Shown here piece by piece: positions 43,753 to 56,169 of a stretch of DNA of 64,000 nt. Under the pieces are notes generated by a model that was not told the DNA's origin, did not search any database, and worked only from the letters and a program-made list of their open reading frames with translations. This stretch comes from Eledone cirrhosa (lineage: Eukaryota), in assembly GCA_964016885.1 (NCBI GenBank), contig CAXHJY010000144.1, positions 27,007 to 91,006 on the forward strand, given 5' to 3'. The position numbers and the translations under genes are program-made. Numbering within the stretch: position 1 is the stretch's first letter; every line of letters starts with the position of its first letter.

Positions 43753-45334
43753 TATCTCCTTTATAAGGTCCCAGGACGGAAGTGACAAAGAAGGCTCTAC
43801 CACCTCAACGGGAAGTAACTCCAGCTACTTCCTTCCAGAGAGCGCCACTGGTGATGTGATCGTCACACAACAAGGGAGACAACTCTTGCTACATTATCTC
43901 CCGCCAGATTTTTAAAACATAAAAATCGAATGAACTATGTATGAAGTAAGATGGCGAGCATGTAACACCAAAGTCCAGGCATGAAAATTATAAAAAAATA
44001 ATGTTTGCAATAAAAGGAAAACAGCAAAATATAAGCATGCAAAAATCAATGATAGATATCAAGGTAGCCAACCGCTCTTGGCCAGAGAACGACTGAACAT
44101 CTACCTATCCATCACTCAAAGATACAATGTAATCAAAAGAAGAGGTCAAAGGAGCAAAGACGTGCTCGAATATAGTTATTAAAAAAAAGGTTCAAATGTT
44201 CAAAATACAGTTCACAGATGACAGCAGGAAAGAAAGTGTGTCCTCCAGAGAATGTATGCAGGTGGTTTCTGGACTAGTACAACGTGAAATTCCCAACCTC
44301 CGAAGGCTGGTGGAATTTTCTCACAGGAAGAGTGCTGCAAAAATAAATTCTCTGTGTTTTGTTCTGCTGGTTTTGGTTGTTATAAAGCAAAGATGAAGCT
44401 GCGTTGTTGTTGTCTCGCGGAGTGAGCCTATTCGATGTTTCCGTTCACAGTAAAAAGTTTCCCAGAAAAAATGAGTTGCGCAAAGTGCTAGAAATAACAG
44501 CCACAATTGATGGTCGATGTTGAGAACGCGTTGACCTGGAAGGGTCAAGAGGCCAGCGACCAAAGAAATAAGCATTCTGAATAAATGCGCAGTTTTCAAC
44601 GGCAAATTTACGTGGTAAATTTTTAAACCGGCAAATAGGAGAATATAACTTAAGGCTGGAGAATCCTTGGCAAGAAACATTATCTATGGCGTGTGTTATC
44701 TCAGTGAGTCGAGATGTGTGCTCCCACACGTGCCGAAACAAGGTTAAAGTCAAGTTGAAAAAAAATATTTCTATTGCGCGAGAAAATGGCGCGAAAATGA
44801 TAGTACAACAGGTCGTTGGCAGCCATTTTGAAAAATTTGTGTATGAACGTGATAATATGATGAAAAAAAAGTAAAGGCTATATTCACTTTGTAACTTTTT
44901 TTCGGGGTCACCAATTATAACTGCGACACTGGGTTGTATGAATATAACAAGACACTCGGTTGTATGTACAATATTTATTTAACAAGGTTGAGTTATGTAG
45001 AGCAGAATAGTTGACATGCCAAGAGAGATGAAAGGATGAATTAAAGTTAGTTGTATTACCGTTTTTGAAATCATCGCGCATTAGACCAAGAGGTCTTTAC
45101 ATTACCATGTTCAGGTTGCCACGGAGTATAGCCTCGGCGAACGCGCCTGGCCGAAGGGCGAGGCAAGTTAAAAGAGAGGGAGACAGCTTTCAGCTATCTC
45201 CTTTATAGGGTCCCAGGACGGAAGTGACAAAGAAGGCTCTGCCACCTCAACGGGAAGTAACTCCAGCTACTTCCTGTCCAGAGAGCTCCACTGGTGATGT
45301 GATCGTCACAACAAGGGAGGCAACTCTTGCTACA
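43753..45334 (-). mobile_element. Non-autonomous LTR retrotransposon (TRIM/LARD-like), 3' LTR truncated
   Basis: 5' LTR 45334-44916 (TGTAGC..., TATAAA, AATAAA); PBS TGGTGACCCCGA (tRNA-Trp) 44913-44902; ~1 kb interior without recognisable gag/pol; PPT CTGGCGGGAGATAA 43907-43894; second LTR 43893-43753. Confidence 0.85.
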
Positions 45335-45345
45335 TATATATATAC

Positions 45346-48300
45346 ACGTTTTCAGATAAAGATCTTGCTAAACAAATTCAGAAACGATATATCGCAAGCC
45401 TTAGCCAGGCTAACAAGATACTGAAAACCACCATGTTCTGTTGTCTACGAAAAACAATAACATCTCGACAACTACACTTCATAAAAGAATGTGCCTCGTC
45501 CCGAGTTTACACCAACACCGATGTAAGAAGATTACAACTCACCAAAAAGCAAGCAGATAGGCTAAAACGAATACTAATTCTAAACATAAAAAAGAAGATT
45601 TACAGAGAATTAAGTCATCAAGAAAAACTTAAGCGTAACCTAATACAAGAAATAACTAAGATCACCACACCAAGAGAAAAATTAATATTTATAAACCTTA
45701 TATGTCTTGAAGAAAAGTACATTGTTCAAGAATGTGACAAGCACTTTAACAAGAAACTAAGGTGGCTCAAACAGACGAAACTAAATCAAGATACTTTAGA
45801 GAATATCGATAGATATCCCGACAAAATTGACGGGTTAAATATGGCCGACATCTCATTAACAGATGAATTCAACAACAACGACACAAATATATACGGCGAC
45901 ACTACGGTCGACTCTGATGAATTATCGATATTACAGCTACCACCTAAATATGCCACATATAATAAGGTAAATATGATAAAATGCTTGTCAGAAATAGAAA
46001 AATCATTTACAAAATTACGTTGGAGCCTCAAAAACAAAAGTAACAACATACGCGCGCGCACACATACAACACACATCCCAACAACAACAGACACAAACAA
46101 CGATAACAACAACACACACATCAACAATAATAACATACTCAGATACAACAACAGACATACAGACACAAACAATAATAACAATACACACAACAATAATAAC
46201 ATACACGGAGACAACAACAACAACACACATCAACAACAGCACATATCAACAACAACACACATCAACAACAGCACATATCAACAACAACACACACACATTC
46301 TATGCCTCTCACCACCACCACCATCTTAACAAACACACAGGCACAGAAAACAGGTAATGACAGTAACACAAAAATAAGGGAAGGTAATAGGATAGAAAGG
46401 AGAAGGGAGACTAACGATACTGACAGAGAAAATAACGAGGACGAACACACAGACACACAAAATAGAGTAGATAATAACAATGAGCCAGAGGAAAGAGACA
46501 GGAGTAATAATGAGAGACATAGAAACAATCATGAGGCTGTTGGTGGAAATAGAAATAGAAACAACACAACTAACAATAACAATAGCAATAGTACACATAA
46601 AGCAGCAGCCTGGAACTCTATTTTTTATAATCCTTCCGATATGTCCTTCGACCTACTACGAGTCCACGCCACGACTTTAGCTTTTAACAAATGCACGCAA
46701 TTGCCGTAGAAGCACAATTTAGTATAGCTAGATCTAAACTTAGAAATATTATAGAACAGTATAGCAAGAAGCAAAATAGAATGGAGGCCCAGCAACTGGG
46801 AGAAAAATCTGCAAATGGCTTGTGTAAGCTCATGCAGTGCTCGCGTAATGGAGAGATTGCATGCTTTCCAACAGACAAGTCTGGCAGAATGTCGGTTGAC
46901 AGTCTGTCAAACTACATCCAGGCAATGCAACCCCACATCACTAACACAAGAGAAGTAACACCACAAGAGCATGAGGATAGGGAAAAAACCCTCAATGCCC
47001 ATATTATAATGTGAACAAACATAATGCAGCCCAACAAAAGGACTGCCAATAACTTTCAGGCCTGGAAAAATGACGTGCCAGCGTTGTATGGGCTTCAAAA
47101 AGACCATAAAATGAGCAGTGACCCTGTCACAGGACCACCAACACGGCCAGTCTGTGGAGCTGACATTGCTAGTAACTACAGACTTTCCTACTTCCTCTCC
47201 CTGATCATACGCCCCATCATTGAAATGTCCCCAGATATATGTGATAGCACGGAGGACCTCCTCAGCAGAATCAGCGAAAGTAACCGATCTAGAGATCTAA
47301 CAAACTGAATAATAGGTAGTATGGATGTTGTGTCCCTATATCCATCTATTGACGTGGATTTTGCTGTGAAGAAATGCATAGAAATGATCAGCGAGAGCAA
47401 TGTTGAATTCCGTGGGCTTGATACCAATGAGCTGGGACTCCTACTTAAACTTACCTATAGTAATGATTATCTAGATACTTATGACCTTAGCAACCTGTGC
47501 CCTACAAGACCAGCAAGAGGCAGACCACCTACCATTACCTCAATGGCCAAGAAAACCCACACAGATAGATGGAACGGGTGGACCAGAGCCATACGGACCC
47601 CCGAAAACCACGATGAACTGAAGAAAATGATTGCACATGCGGTGGGGGCCAGTATAAAATTAACCCTTAAGGAACATATGTTCAAATTTAATGGAAAAAC
47701 ATATGCCCAAGAAGAGGGAGCAGCCATTGGTGTTAGCATTGCAGGTGACATAGCTAACCTATTCATGGTATGGTGGGATAATAAACTTAAACTTAAAGAA
47801 CAATTAGAAAACAGCAACCTCTTAACCCTGATAATGTACTCCCGCTACGTTGATGATATAAACCTCGTAGTAAAAACACCCCCACTAGAGAACAGTCAGG
47901 AATTAGAGAAAAACGCCATGGAAAGCATCCAGCAAATAGCTAACTCCATCCACCAGAGTATTAGTATAAGCAAACACCCCAACCATCAATTATCTGTACT
48001 AGACACAGAGCTCTGGTTAGATACCATTAATAACAAAAAACAAATCCTCCATTCCCATTATGCCAAACCCATGACTTCCAAATATCTGATCCACCGAAAC
48101 TCAGCTGTTTCAGACCATACCAAAATCAACATACTGATTGCAGATTTGGTATGGGTGATGAGAAACGTGTCCCGCATGTGCAACCCCACAGAACTAGAGA
48201 GACACATACAACACTTCATCTACCGTATGCAGTTCTCTGGTTACAACCAGAGAGATAAAATCAGAGTATATAGAGGAGCCAGAACCAAATGGGAAAAAAA

Positions 48301-49412
48301 TGGTAAATAATGATACAAATGGGACCTGCCCCTTGTATAGGAGCAAATTTTGGAATAGAATAGAAAGAACTAGGTATAAGGTTAATAGAATAAACTCATG
48401 GTATGATAGCAATAAATACCAGAGTGTAATGTTCATCAATACAACCCCTAGAGGTGAATTAGCTTACAAATTTAGAAGGGCCCTAGATAAACATAAACTC
48501 AATATTAAGATAGTAGAAAGACCAGGTACCTCCATAAAAACATTTATTAGCAATACATACCCTTTTCAAAGACCTCCCTGTATAAATAAGAAATGTATAA
48601 TCTGTAAACTAAGCCCCCATATTAACTGTAAAACTAGAAATGTAGTATATAGCATAAGATGTACTGAAGGACAATGTAGAGATAAGAATATAGTGTACAT
48701 AGGTGAGACAGCTCGTAGTATAGGAGAACGGATAAATGAACACTGGCGAGAGTTTCAAGATAGTAAAGAATCATCTGTACTCCACCAACATGCTAAAATA
48801 GAACATAAGGGTAAATTAGAGAACATAGAAATAAAAATAGAATCTACACACAGAAAAGACACAATGTTTAGACAAATCACAGATGCAATAAACATAAATG
48901 AACTCCAACCAAAATTAAATAGAAAACATGAATGGAATAGCAGCATCACAACTTACAATTAAGGACAAAATGAAAACACACACACACATAGAACAAACAA
49001 CCAACCAGTAACATGTAAATAAACAAATAAATAAACAAATAAAAACACACACAGACACCCGGATGTAACACATGCGCAAACTAAGCACACGACACACACA
49101 AAAACAAGATGGCGTAGGACAGAAGAAAGAAGAGGCACAAAAACAAAGAAAAGAATCCCCAGTCACTGAAGAGGTCACAGAATGTGTGACGAAAGAACTT
49201 TGACAATATATGAACAATCGTCTGGTTGTGGAACCAACCAACCGGAAATTTATAAATTCCTAAATTTATAAATTTAATTTATAATAAATAGAAGTGAAAG
49301 CAGCTGGTGCGTGTGTTTCTTATTGGCAACATGACCCTCCCAAAGTATAACAACATCAGTTTCAACACACGTTTTCAGATAAAGAATCTTGCTAAACAAA
49401 TTCAGAAACGAA
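45346..49412 (+). mobile_element. Near full-length Neptune-like PLE, frameshifted
   Basis: ORF pieces 45433-48962: PTDKSG, YGLQKDHK..RPV, SMDVVSLYPSI, GAAIG, RYVDD, CxxxxCxxC, VVYSIRC..YIGETARS..R..EH (GIY-YIG); terminal direct repeat 45346-45392 = 49367-49412. Confidence 0.92.
49162..49204 (+). ncRNA. Minimal hammerhead ribozyme in PLE 3' repeat
   Basis: GTCA-CTGAAGA-gGTCACAgaatgTGTGAC-GAAA-GAAC-T-T-TGAC. Confidence 0.75.
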
Positions 49413-49585
<173 letters not shown>

Positions 49586-50345
49586 AAATTAAGATAAATC
49601 AAATGAATTTAATCCAAATCAAAATTATGGGTGTCAAGCCAGAAAGACATATCACCCGCAAAATAAGCTCTAAGATTTTAACGAGTAGGTCCGAGCATTT
49701 TATAATAAAGAAATTGCTTAACATATAAATAAACATGAATAATCACAAGAGATAATTTTTACAAGTGTGTAACCACACATAGCTAGGTAGGTAACTACAT
49801 AAAGTTGACCAGAACTTCAAAAATAGATACCTTATAATATGATTAATCTTCCCTGTATATATTCCATTAAAGAAATATATTTCACCAATTAATGGTAAAC
49901 CACGGAAGTGGATACTTGGATTTTCAACAAGGAAGAAGTTCCAGCGATCCGTGTTTACACTTCAAGTTCAAATCAGCGACTGGCCAGTAACACGTGCTAT
50001 ATCTACTAGAAATACACACATCACACTAGCTTCGTCCCAGTGGCGTGAATAGGGTTATCGACAACTAGAAACAGCAGTCGAGTCCTTTCAACAGAGTTAG
50101 CTCTACAATTAAGGAGCTGTATTTATATATCTATATCCAAAATTAAGATAAATCAAATGAATTTAATCCAATTAATTGGTGAAATATATTTCTTTAATGG
50201 AAGATTAATCATATTATAAGGTATCTATTTTTGAAGTTCTGGTCAACTTTATGTAGTTACCTACCTAGCTATGTGTGGTTACACACTTGTAAAAATTATC
50301 TCCTGTGATTATTCATGTTTATTTATATGTTAATCAATTTCTAGT
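49586..50345 (-). mobile_element. Non-coding PLE-type terminus with inverted and direct repeats; HHR-like core 49872-49930
   Basis: ~50170-50342 inverts ~49709-49892; 49585-49617 is repeated at ~50139-50171; minus strand TTGAAAA-tCCAA..TTGGt-GAAA-TATA-TT, stem I not resolved. Confidence 0.55.
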
Positions 50346-50348
50346 TAT

Positions 50349-50379
<31 letters not shown>

Positions 50380-50470
50380 GTATGCAAAAGGTAAACAGAA
50401 ATAACAACACAATCGGTACAGTATATGGAAGGGATATATTAGGTTAACACTTGATATAGCAGGAAGAGGG

Positions 50471-50506
50471 TCTTAACGTTTCGGGTGCTAGTCCTTCATC
50501 AGATGA
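50471..50506 (-). ncRNA. Degenerate minimal hammerhead
   Basis: TCAT-CTGATGA-aGGactagcaCCc-GAAA-CG-TT-AAGA. Confidence 0.5.
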
Positions 50507-50580
50507 AAGAATGAGAAATAAGATAGATTGAGGGGACGGGCGGGATGGAATTGGAATACACATTCATATATATATATATA

Positions 50581-50761
50581 TAGGAACAAGTAGGACCCCG
50601 ACGGCTGAGCTCAAGCCATTTCAACAGCTAATCCTGGACAAGAATTAGCCGTCGAAACAGCTTGAGCTCAGCCGTCGGGGTCCTACTCGTTCCTACTACC
50701 CTAAGTATTGAGTACTTTGGTGCGTTATGGTCCATCTGGTTCCTTACGACATTTCCTTCGT

Positions 50762-50762
<1 letters not shown>
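50581..50762 (+). repeat. Fold-back terminus of the repeat family also at ~34230-34420
   Basis: 50581-50632 inverts ~50644-50695; ~50643-50762 is similar to ~34284-34420. Confidence 0.75.
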
Positions 50763-50796
<34 letters not shown>

Positions 50797-50817
50797 GTAC
50801 ATACATATAACCACACA

Positions 50818-51725
50818 AATAATTGTTTCTACTTTAGGCACAAGGCCAGCAATCACCCAGTGCATTACTGGTACTTTATTTTATCGACCCCGTAAGGATG
50901 AAAGGCAAAGTCAACCTCGGCGGAATTTGAACTCAGATCATATGAAACATATACAGTAAACCCTTGATTTCATGAACAAGTTGAGTGGTGTGTCTGTTAA
51001 TATCAAATGCCTTTGATATAGCTAACCTAGGATCATTTTTATTGTCTTTAACGTAAAAAAAAGCTTTAATACAATATACACTAATGTACCTATAAAACTA
51101 TTCAATTATAACAAATATGTAATTTTAATAGTGAAAACTGTTTTGCTACGACCATAGTAATAGCACAGTAGTGAATTGGCAGTATCGGTAGAGGGTTGGA
51201 CTCCATGCTTTCTAGCATAGTTTACATCCCTTTACGGTCTGAGTTCAAATCCCTTCGAGGTTAACTTTGCCTTTCATCCTTACGGGGTCGATAAACTGAA
51301 GTACCAGTAATGTACTGGGATAATTGCTGGCCTTGTTCCAAAAGTAGAAACAACTATTATTACTACTATTAAAGTACCAGTAATGCACTGGGATAATTGC
51401 TGGCCTTGTGCCAAAAGTAGAAACAATTATTATTACTACTGTTAAAGTACCAGTAATACACTGAGATAATTGCTGGCCTTGTGCCAACAGTAGAAACAAC
51501 TATTATTACTACTATTAAAGTACCAGTAATGCACTGGGATAATTGCTGGCCTTGTGCCAAAAGTAGAAACAATTATTACTACTGTTAAAGTACTAGTAAT
51601 ACACTGGGATAATTGCTGGCCTTGTGCCAACAGTAGAAACAACTATTATTACTACTGTTAAAGTACCAGTAATGCACTGGAATAATTGCTGGCCTTGTGC
51701 CAACAGTAGAAACAATTATTATTAC
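50818..51725. mobile_element. Meta-like SINEs: partial (50818-50940, -) and full (51168-51725, +) with ~73-bp 3' end repeated ~6 times
   Basis: Unit AAAGTACCAGTAATGCACTGGGATAATTGCTGGCCTTGTGCCAAAAGTAGAAACAATTATTATTACTACTGTT. Confidence 0.9.
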
Positions 51726-52279
51726 TTTTATTTGGTCTATTAAATATGAAATTCATCAAATGTGGGGAAATTAAACCAAGGTTTTATTCTTTTTGTATGT
51801 GTGTATATATCTTGTGTGTTGGACTTCAGTCTGTTCCAATGACAAATGGTCCAGTTGATTTATCAATGACACAGCCTGCTCAGACACGTATACCCTTAAT
51901 GTAGTTTTCAGGGAGATTCAATATAACATAATGTGTGATATGTCTGGCCTTTTAAATTATAGGTACATATGAATTAAAGCAAAAATTCTTTCCTTAAACT
52001 ATTAATCTGTTCAAATAATAAATATTTGCTCTACGGCTATATACATTATTGCATACACGCACACACACACATATATATGTATATATAAGTATGCAGATGT
52101 ACACACACATATATATATATATATATATACATACACACACATATATACGTGTGTGCGTATAGGTTATATTGAACATTAATAATAATGTTCGATTTGTTTA
52201 TAAACAATCGACCCGAATTGAAGCTGTGCCATGATAGTGACTGATCATCACCTGTTTGTTCAACACTTACTTTGAGGAA

Positions 52280-52320
52280 CAATCAACATATTTCTGGATC
52301 ATAACCTTTCATCAGGACTG
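52280..52320 (-). ncRNA. Stand-alone minimal hammerhead
   Basis: CAGTC-CTGATGA-aaGGttatgatCCa-GAAA-TATG-T-T-GATTG. Confidence 0.6.
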
Positions 52321-53139
52321 TATACCTCTGCCAGTCTGTTGAACAATTGAAAATATATAGTATTTTCTTAAGTGCACATCAGCTGAGTAGCCTCATTTGC
52401 ATACCGGGCAAGTTATGGCTGGCGTTGCTGAATGTTATAAATAAAATTAGAATTTCATTTCTCACCCTAGCACAGTTGATACATAAATATAAGTATACAC
52501 ATATATATATACATATATACACACATATATATATACATACACACACATATGTACATGTGGGTTATATCATCATCATCATCACCGTTTTGCATCCGTTCTT
52601 CCATGTTAGCATAGGTTAGACGGGTTGTTCTGTTTTGGGCAGTGTCCGGTCGGCTGACCTTGTCTTGCTCATACAAGAACTGATTCTGGCTTAACTTTGC
52701 CTTTCATCCTTACAGGGTCGATAAAATAAAGTACCAGTAATGTACTGGGGTAATTGCTGGCCTTGTGTCAAAAGTAGAAACAATTATTTAATTACTAGGA
52801 TATTAACTTGACATATGGTTCTTATATAAAACTATATTGGAAGATTTTAATTAAAATAGAAGAGAAACCCTTTAAAATGGGTCTCAAAAACATTAAGGAT
52901 CAAATGTGTGGCTTCTACAAAGCCAGATCGACTGTAGACACTATTCCATCACCAGGATGACAAAAGGGTCAACTTGTATTTTGATATTTCTGGCAAAACT
53001 ACCAATTAGGACTGCATATGCCTGTAATATCTTGAATCGAAATCTTCATATTAGATTATAACAAAACTTTTGAGCCAATGAAGGTCAGTCTAGTCACACA
53101 CTATCTATTCAGCTCAGACCTTCCTCATCAACATTCAGA

Positions 53140-53365
53140 ACGTAGATGTCACCTCCATCAAAACACACTTATATGGTATTGAGGTGTTTACTGTCACCTC
53201 CAAAAACACACTCCTGTTATTGAGATACTTACTGTCACCACCAACAGCACACACTCTTATGTTAGTGAGGCCCTACTCTCACCCGCAACAACACAATCCT
53301 ATAAAATTGAGGTCTTACTGTCACTTCCAACAACACACACTCCTTTGTTATTGAGGACCCACTTA
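53140..53365 (+). repeat. Degenerate ~42-bp minisatellite
   Basis: Repeated TCACC.CCA..AACACACT...TTATTGAGG..TTACTG. Confidence 0.7.
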
Positions 53366-53574
53366 CTTTCTTCTCTACCAACTTACAGTCCCCTGCTGAT
53401 TTTATCACATTTTATACTTCCTTAATCTTCTACATCCAACTAGATAGTTCATATCAAACCTTCACTGACTTCATAAACATACCTCAAAGCCCTTTTGTTT
53501 TTCAATGAGGTCATAACATTCTAGTACACTGATTCCCAAAGTGTAAGTAGAAGAATGGCTCAAAGAATACAAAT

Positions 53575-54000
53575 TGGGAGTTGCTCCTAAAACTGTTAAC
53601 ATTAATTATTTAATAAGTGCTTTATTTTGTACCACTCACAGAGACCTATCTTTCAGCCTAAGCTTCAAGAGGCAAATTCTCCCTCCAAATAGGATCCAGT
53701 TTCTAACGCATTCTGATAGCCAGGGGCCTTGTGAGTATCCCCACTCCCACCTGTGCAGTCATTTTTGGTGCCACACCTGAATTGGAGAGTTTCCAGCCTC
53801 CATCCAAATCTACAGTATCATAGCCACAGAACTTTGCTGAGGAAACCCTAACTATATCTAGCCAGTAGCATCTAGTCTCCTCCACTAGTTCCTGCTCATT
53901 TCCAAACCCCCTTTGGAGTCTTAAGATATGCAATATTTGTCTGCCCATCCCATGCCTCCCAGGACAGGTTGCAGGCCTATCGCCAGTTTTTGCAGCATGA
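53575..54000 (-). mobile_element. RTE-clade APE endonuclease N-terminal remnant
   Basis: EQELVEE..LDIVRVSS..LDGGWKL..SGV..AQVGVGIL. Confidence 0.75.
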
Positions 54001-56169
54001 AATGGAGGCTGCAATATATTTTTCAAACAGGCCACTGTACCTAAGGCCTCAATGCAACTCTTCTTAACCTGCATGAAGAACGATGCGGTATGGTTCTTTT
54101 TTGTTCCTCTCAAGTTTCAGTGGTCTTATTCATGCCAGTCACCAATCTGGTACTTTCTCAAATCTGAGAAGACTAGGCTTATTTAGGGGCGGACTTTATT
54201 TGCCTCCTCGTAGCTACATCATTGGGTTATGAGTTTTTTGGGGGGAGCTACAGGTGTCACCCATTGCTCCATCTCCCCTAGTAGTTTACCGGGGTTACTT
54301 ATTCATACGACAGCTGCTTGCCTATATCTCAACTAACCATCATATCTGGTGGCTGTATTGCTATCTGCCACCTGCAACTCACTTTCTGGCAGAACAGCTC
54401 TGTTGAGAAACTAATTAACATATCTGGTCGTATCATTATCTGCCATCTGCAACCTGTTCTTTAGCAGAACCAGTGACAGTGAAAAGCATGGTGTGAGGAA
54501 GGGTTAGTTCAAAACTGTTTGAAGAACACTGTTCTAGTTTCTTTCAACAGCACAAAGAGCCCATCAATTCATATACCAAGGAAACATCCTACTGTTTCTC
54601 CTTGGACAACAGCACAAAGACATGTCCCTTCCTATACAAAGGAAATATGCTGTAGTCTCATCCTCTCTAGTCCCTTTTAATGGCACAAAGACATCATCCT
54701 TTCATATATGAAGGAAACATTCTGCAGGCTCTCCCTCTCTAGTCTTCATCAACATATAGATGAAACCTTCAGTCACTCCAAATACTAGGTTTACAATACC
54801 TAATTAGTTCCTGGTGAATTGAAATTTATAACATAGGAAAGACTAATTCTCAATAACTATCCTTTATCTTTAGAGCCAGGAAACACTTCAACCCCAAACA
54901 AATGCAGGCAGTGACATAGCTAGAGTGTGTGCAACCCTTGAATTTTTCCCCACTACCACTGAAATAGAAAAGATCTTTCAACTGAATGGTATCCTGATAT
55001 TAAAACCATTTTTATTTCAATACAAGCTTATATAATACACCCAAAAGTGTCGCCAGGAGTAGACTGCTTCCCACCAGATATGCTACTAAATGCAGATTCT
55101 CTACAAAGCTCAGGAGGAACCGCTGATGGAATACTGCTCCCACATGTTGTACAGTGATGCTGCTACATACACAAACATTTTAAACCACATCCAAAATAGA
55201 TCCACCCAACTGATAAGCATGAAGTCACTCACCTTTCATACTTAAACCCTTGTTCTAATAGGCTTATTTTATGCTCCTGCAAAGAGCATAACCCTTGTGG
55301 GAGCGTAGAAATAGGCCAAGTGAGGAAACAGCATGTCTATGGAGCAACTATCTCCACCCAAACCAACACGATTCATCTGGGATTTCCTTTCCCTTTCATT
55401 CTTTAACTGCTGTAATAAATTTGCAGATATTCAGGGTAAGCATCTAACCCCTTGAATCATCTGTAAAAGCTATGGATGCAACCTCCTACCCTTCACTAAG
55501 CCATGGAAATATATATAAATGTGTATGTCATGTAAGTGCCTTTGTCTTTATTCCAGACATTTTTATTTTTATATGCTTTTACCATGGTTATATCCCTTTA
55601 CTCGTAGTTATTTCCCTTTTATCATAGTTATTTTTCTTATCTTCATTTTTTCGTCTACTATGCATGCTGGTTAGATAGGGTGTTGTGGTCTAAGATTAGA
55701 TGAGTTCAAGTATGACAATCCACCCATATATTCTACATTTTTGCGTGGTTTCTACGGCTTCTACGATCTTCCTAACGCCAGGATCTTCCTACGGCTTCTA
55801 CGATCTTCCTAACGCCAACCACTTTGTGGAGTAGACTGGATACATTTTATCGTGGCACCAGCACTGCCACTTTACAGAATGTACTGGGTGCATTTTATCA
55901 TGGTACCAGCACTAATACTTTACAGAGCAGATTGGGTGCATTTTATTGTAGCACTAAGATTATCAATTTCTTGACAAGACCAAAGGCTCTAATCTATCTT
56001 ATGTCATCTCTATTCAGCTACCATGTTACAGGCTGTACTGAGTATTCCATTGTGTCATCAATACTAAAGAGGTTTCATTTAGAGCAAGCTAAGAAAGACC
56101 CATTCAATGAAGTCTGACCTTTCACTACATTTACTTTTAGCATTGCAGTGCTTTTACTGGTGAATGGGT

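Noticed and set aside
45433-48962. Active PLE or selenoprotein (Naiad-type) read-through
   Set aside because: Several frameshifts as well as stops, and the GIY-YIG is C-terminal; a decayed copy is the simpler reading
51298-51725. CRISPR-like regular repeat
   Set aside because: No unique spacers or cas genes; it is a tandem SINE 3' end in a eukaryotic context
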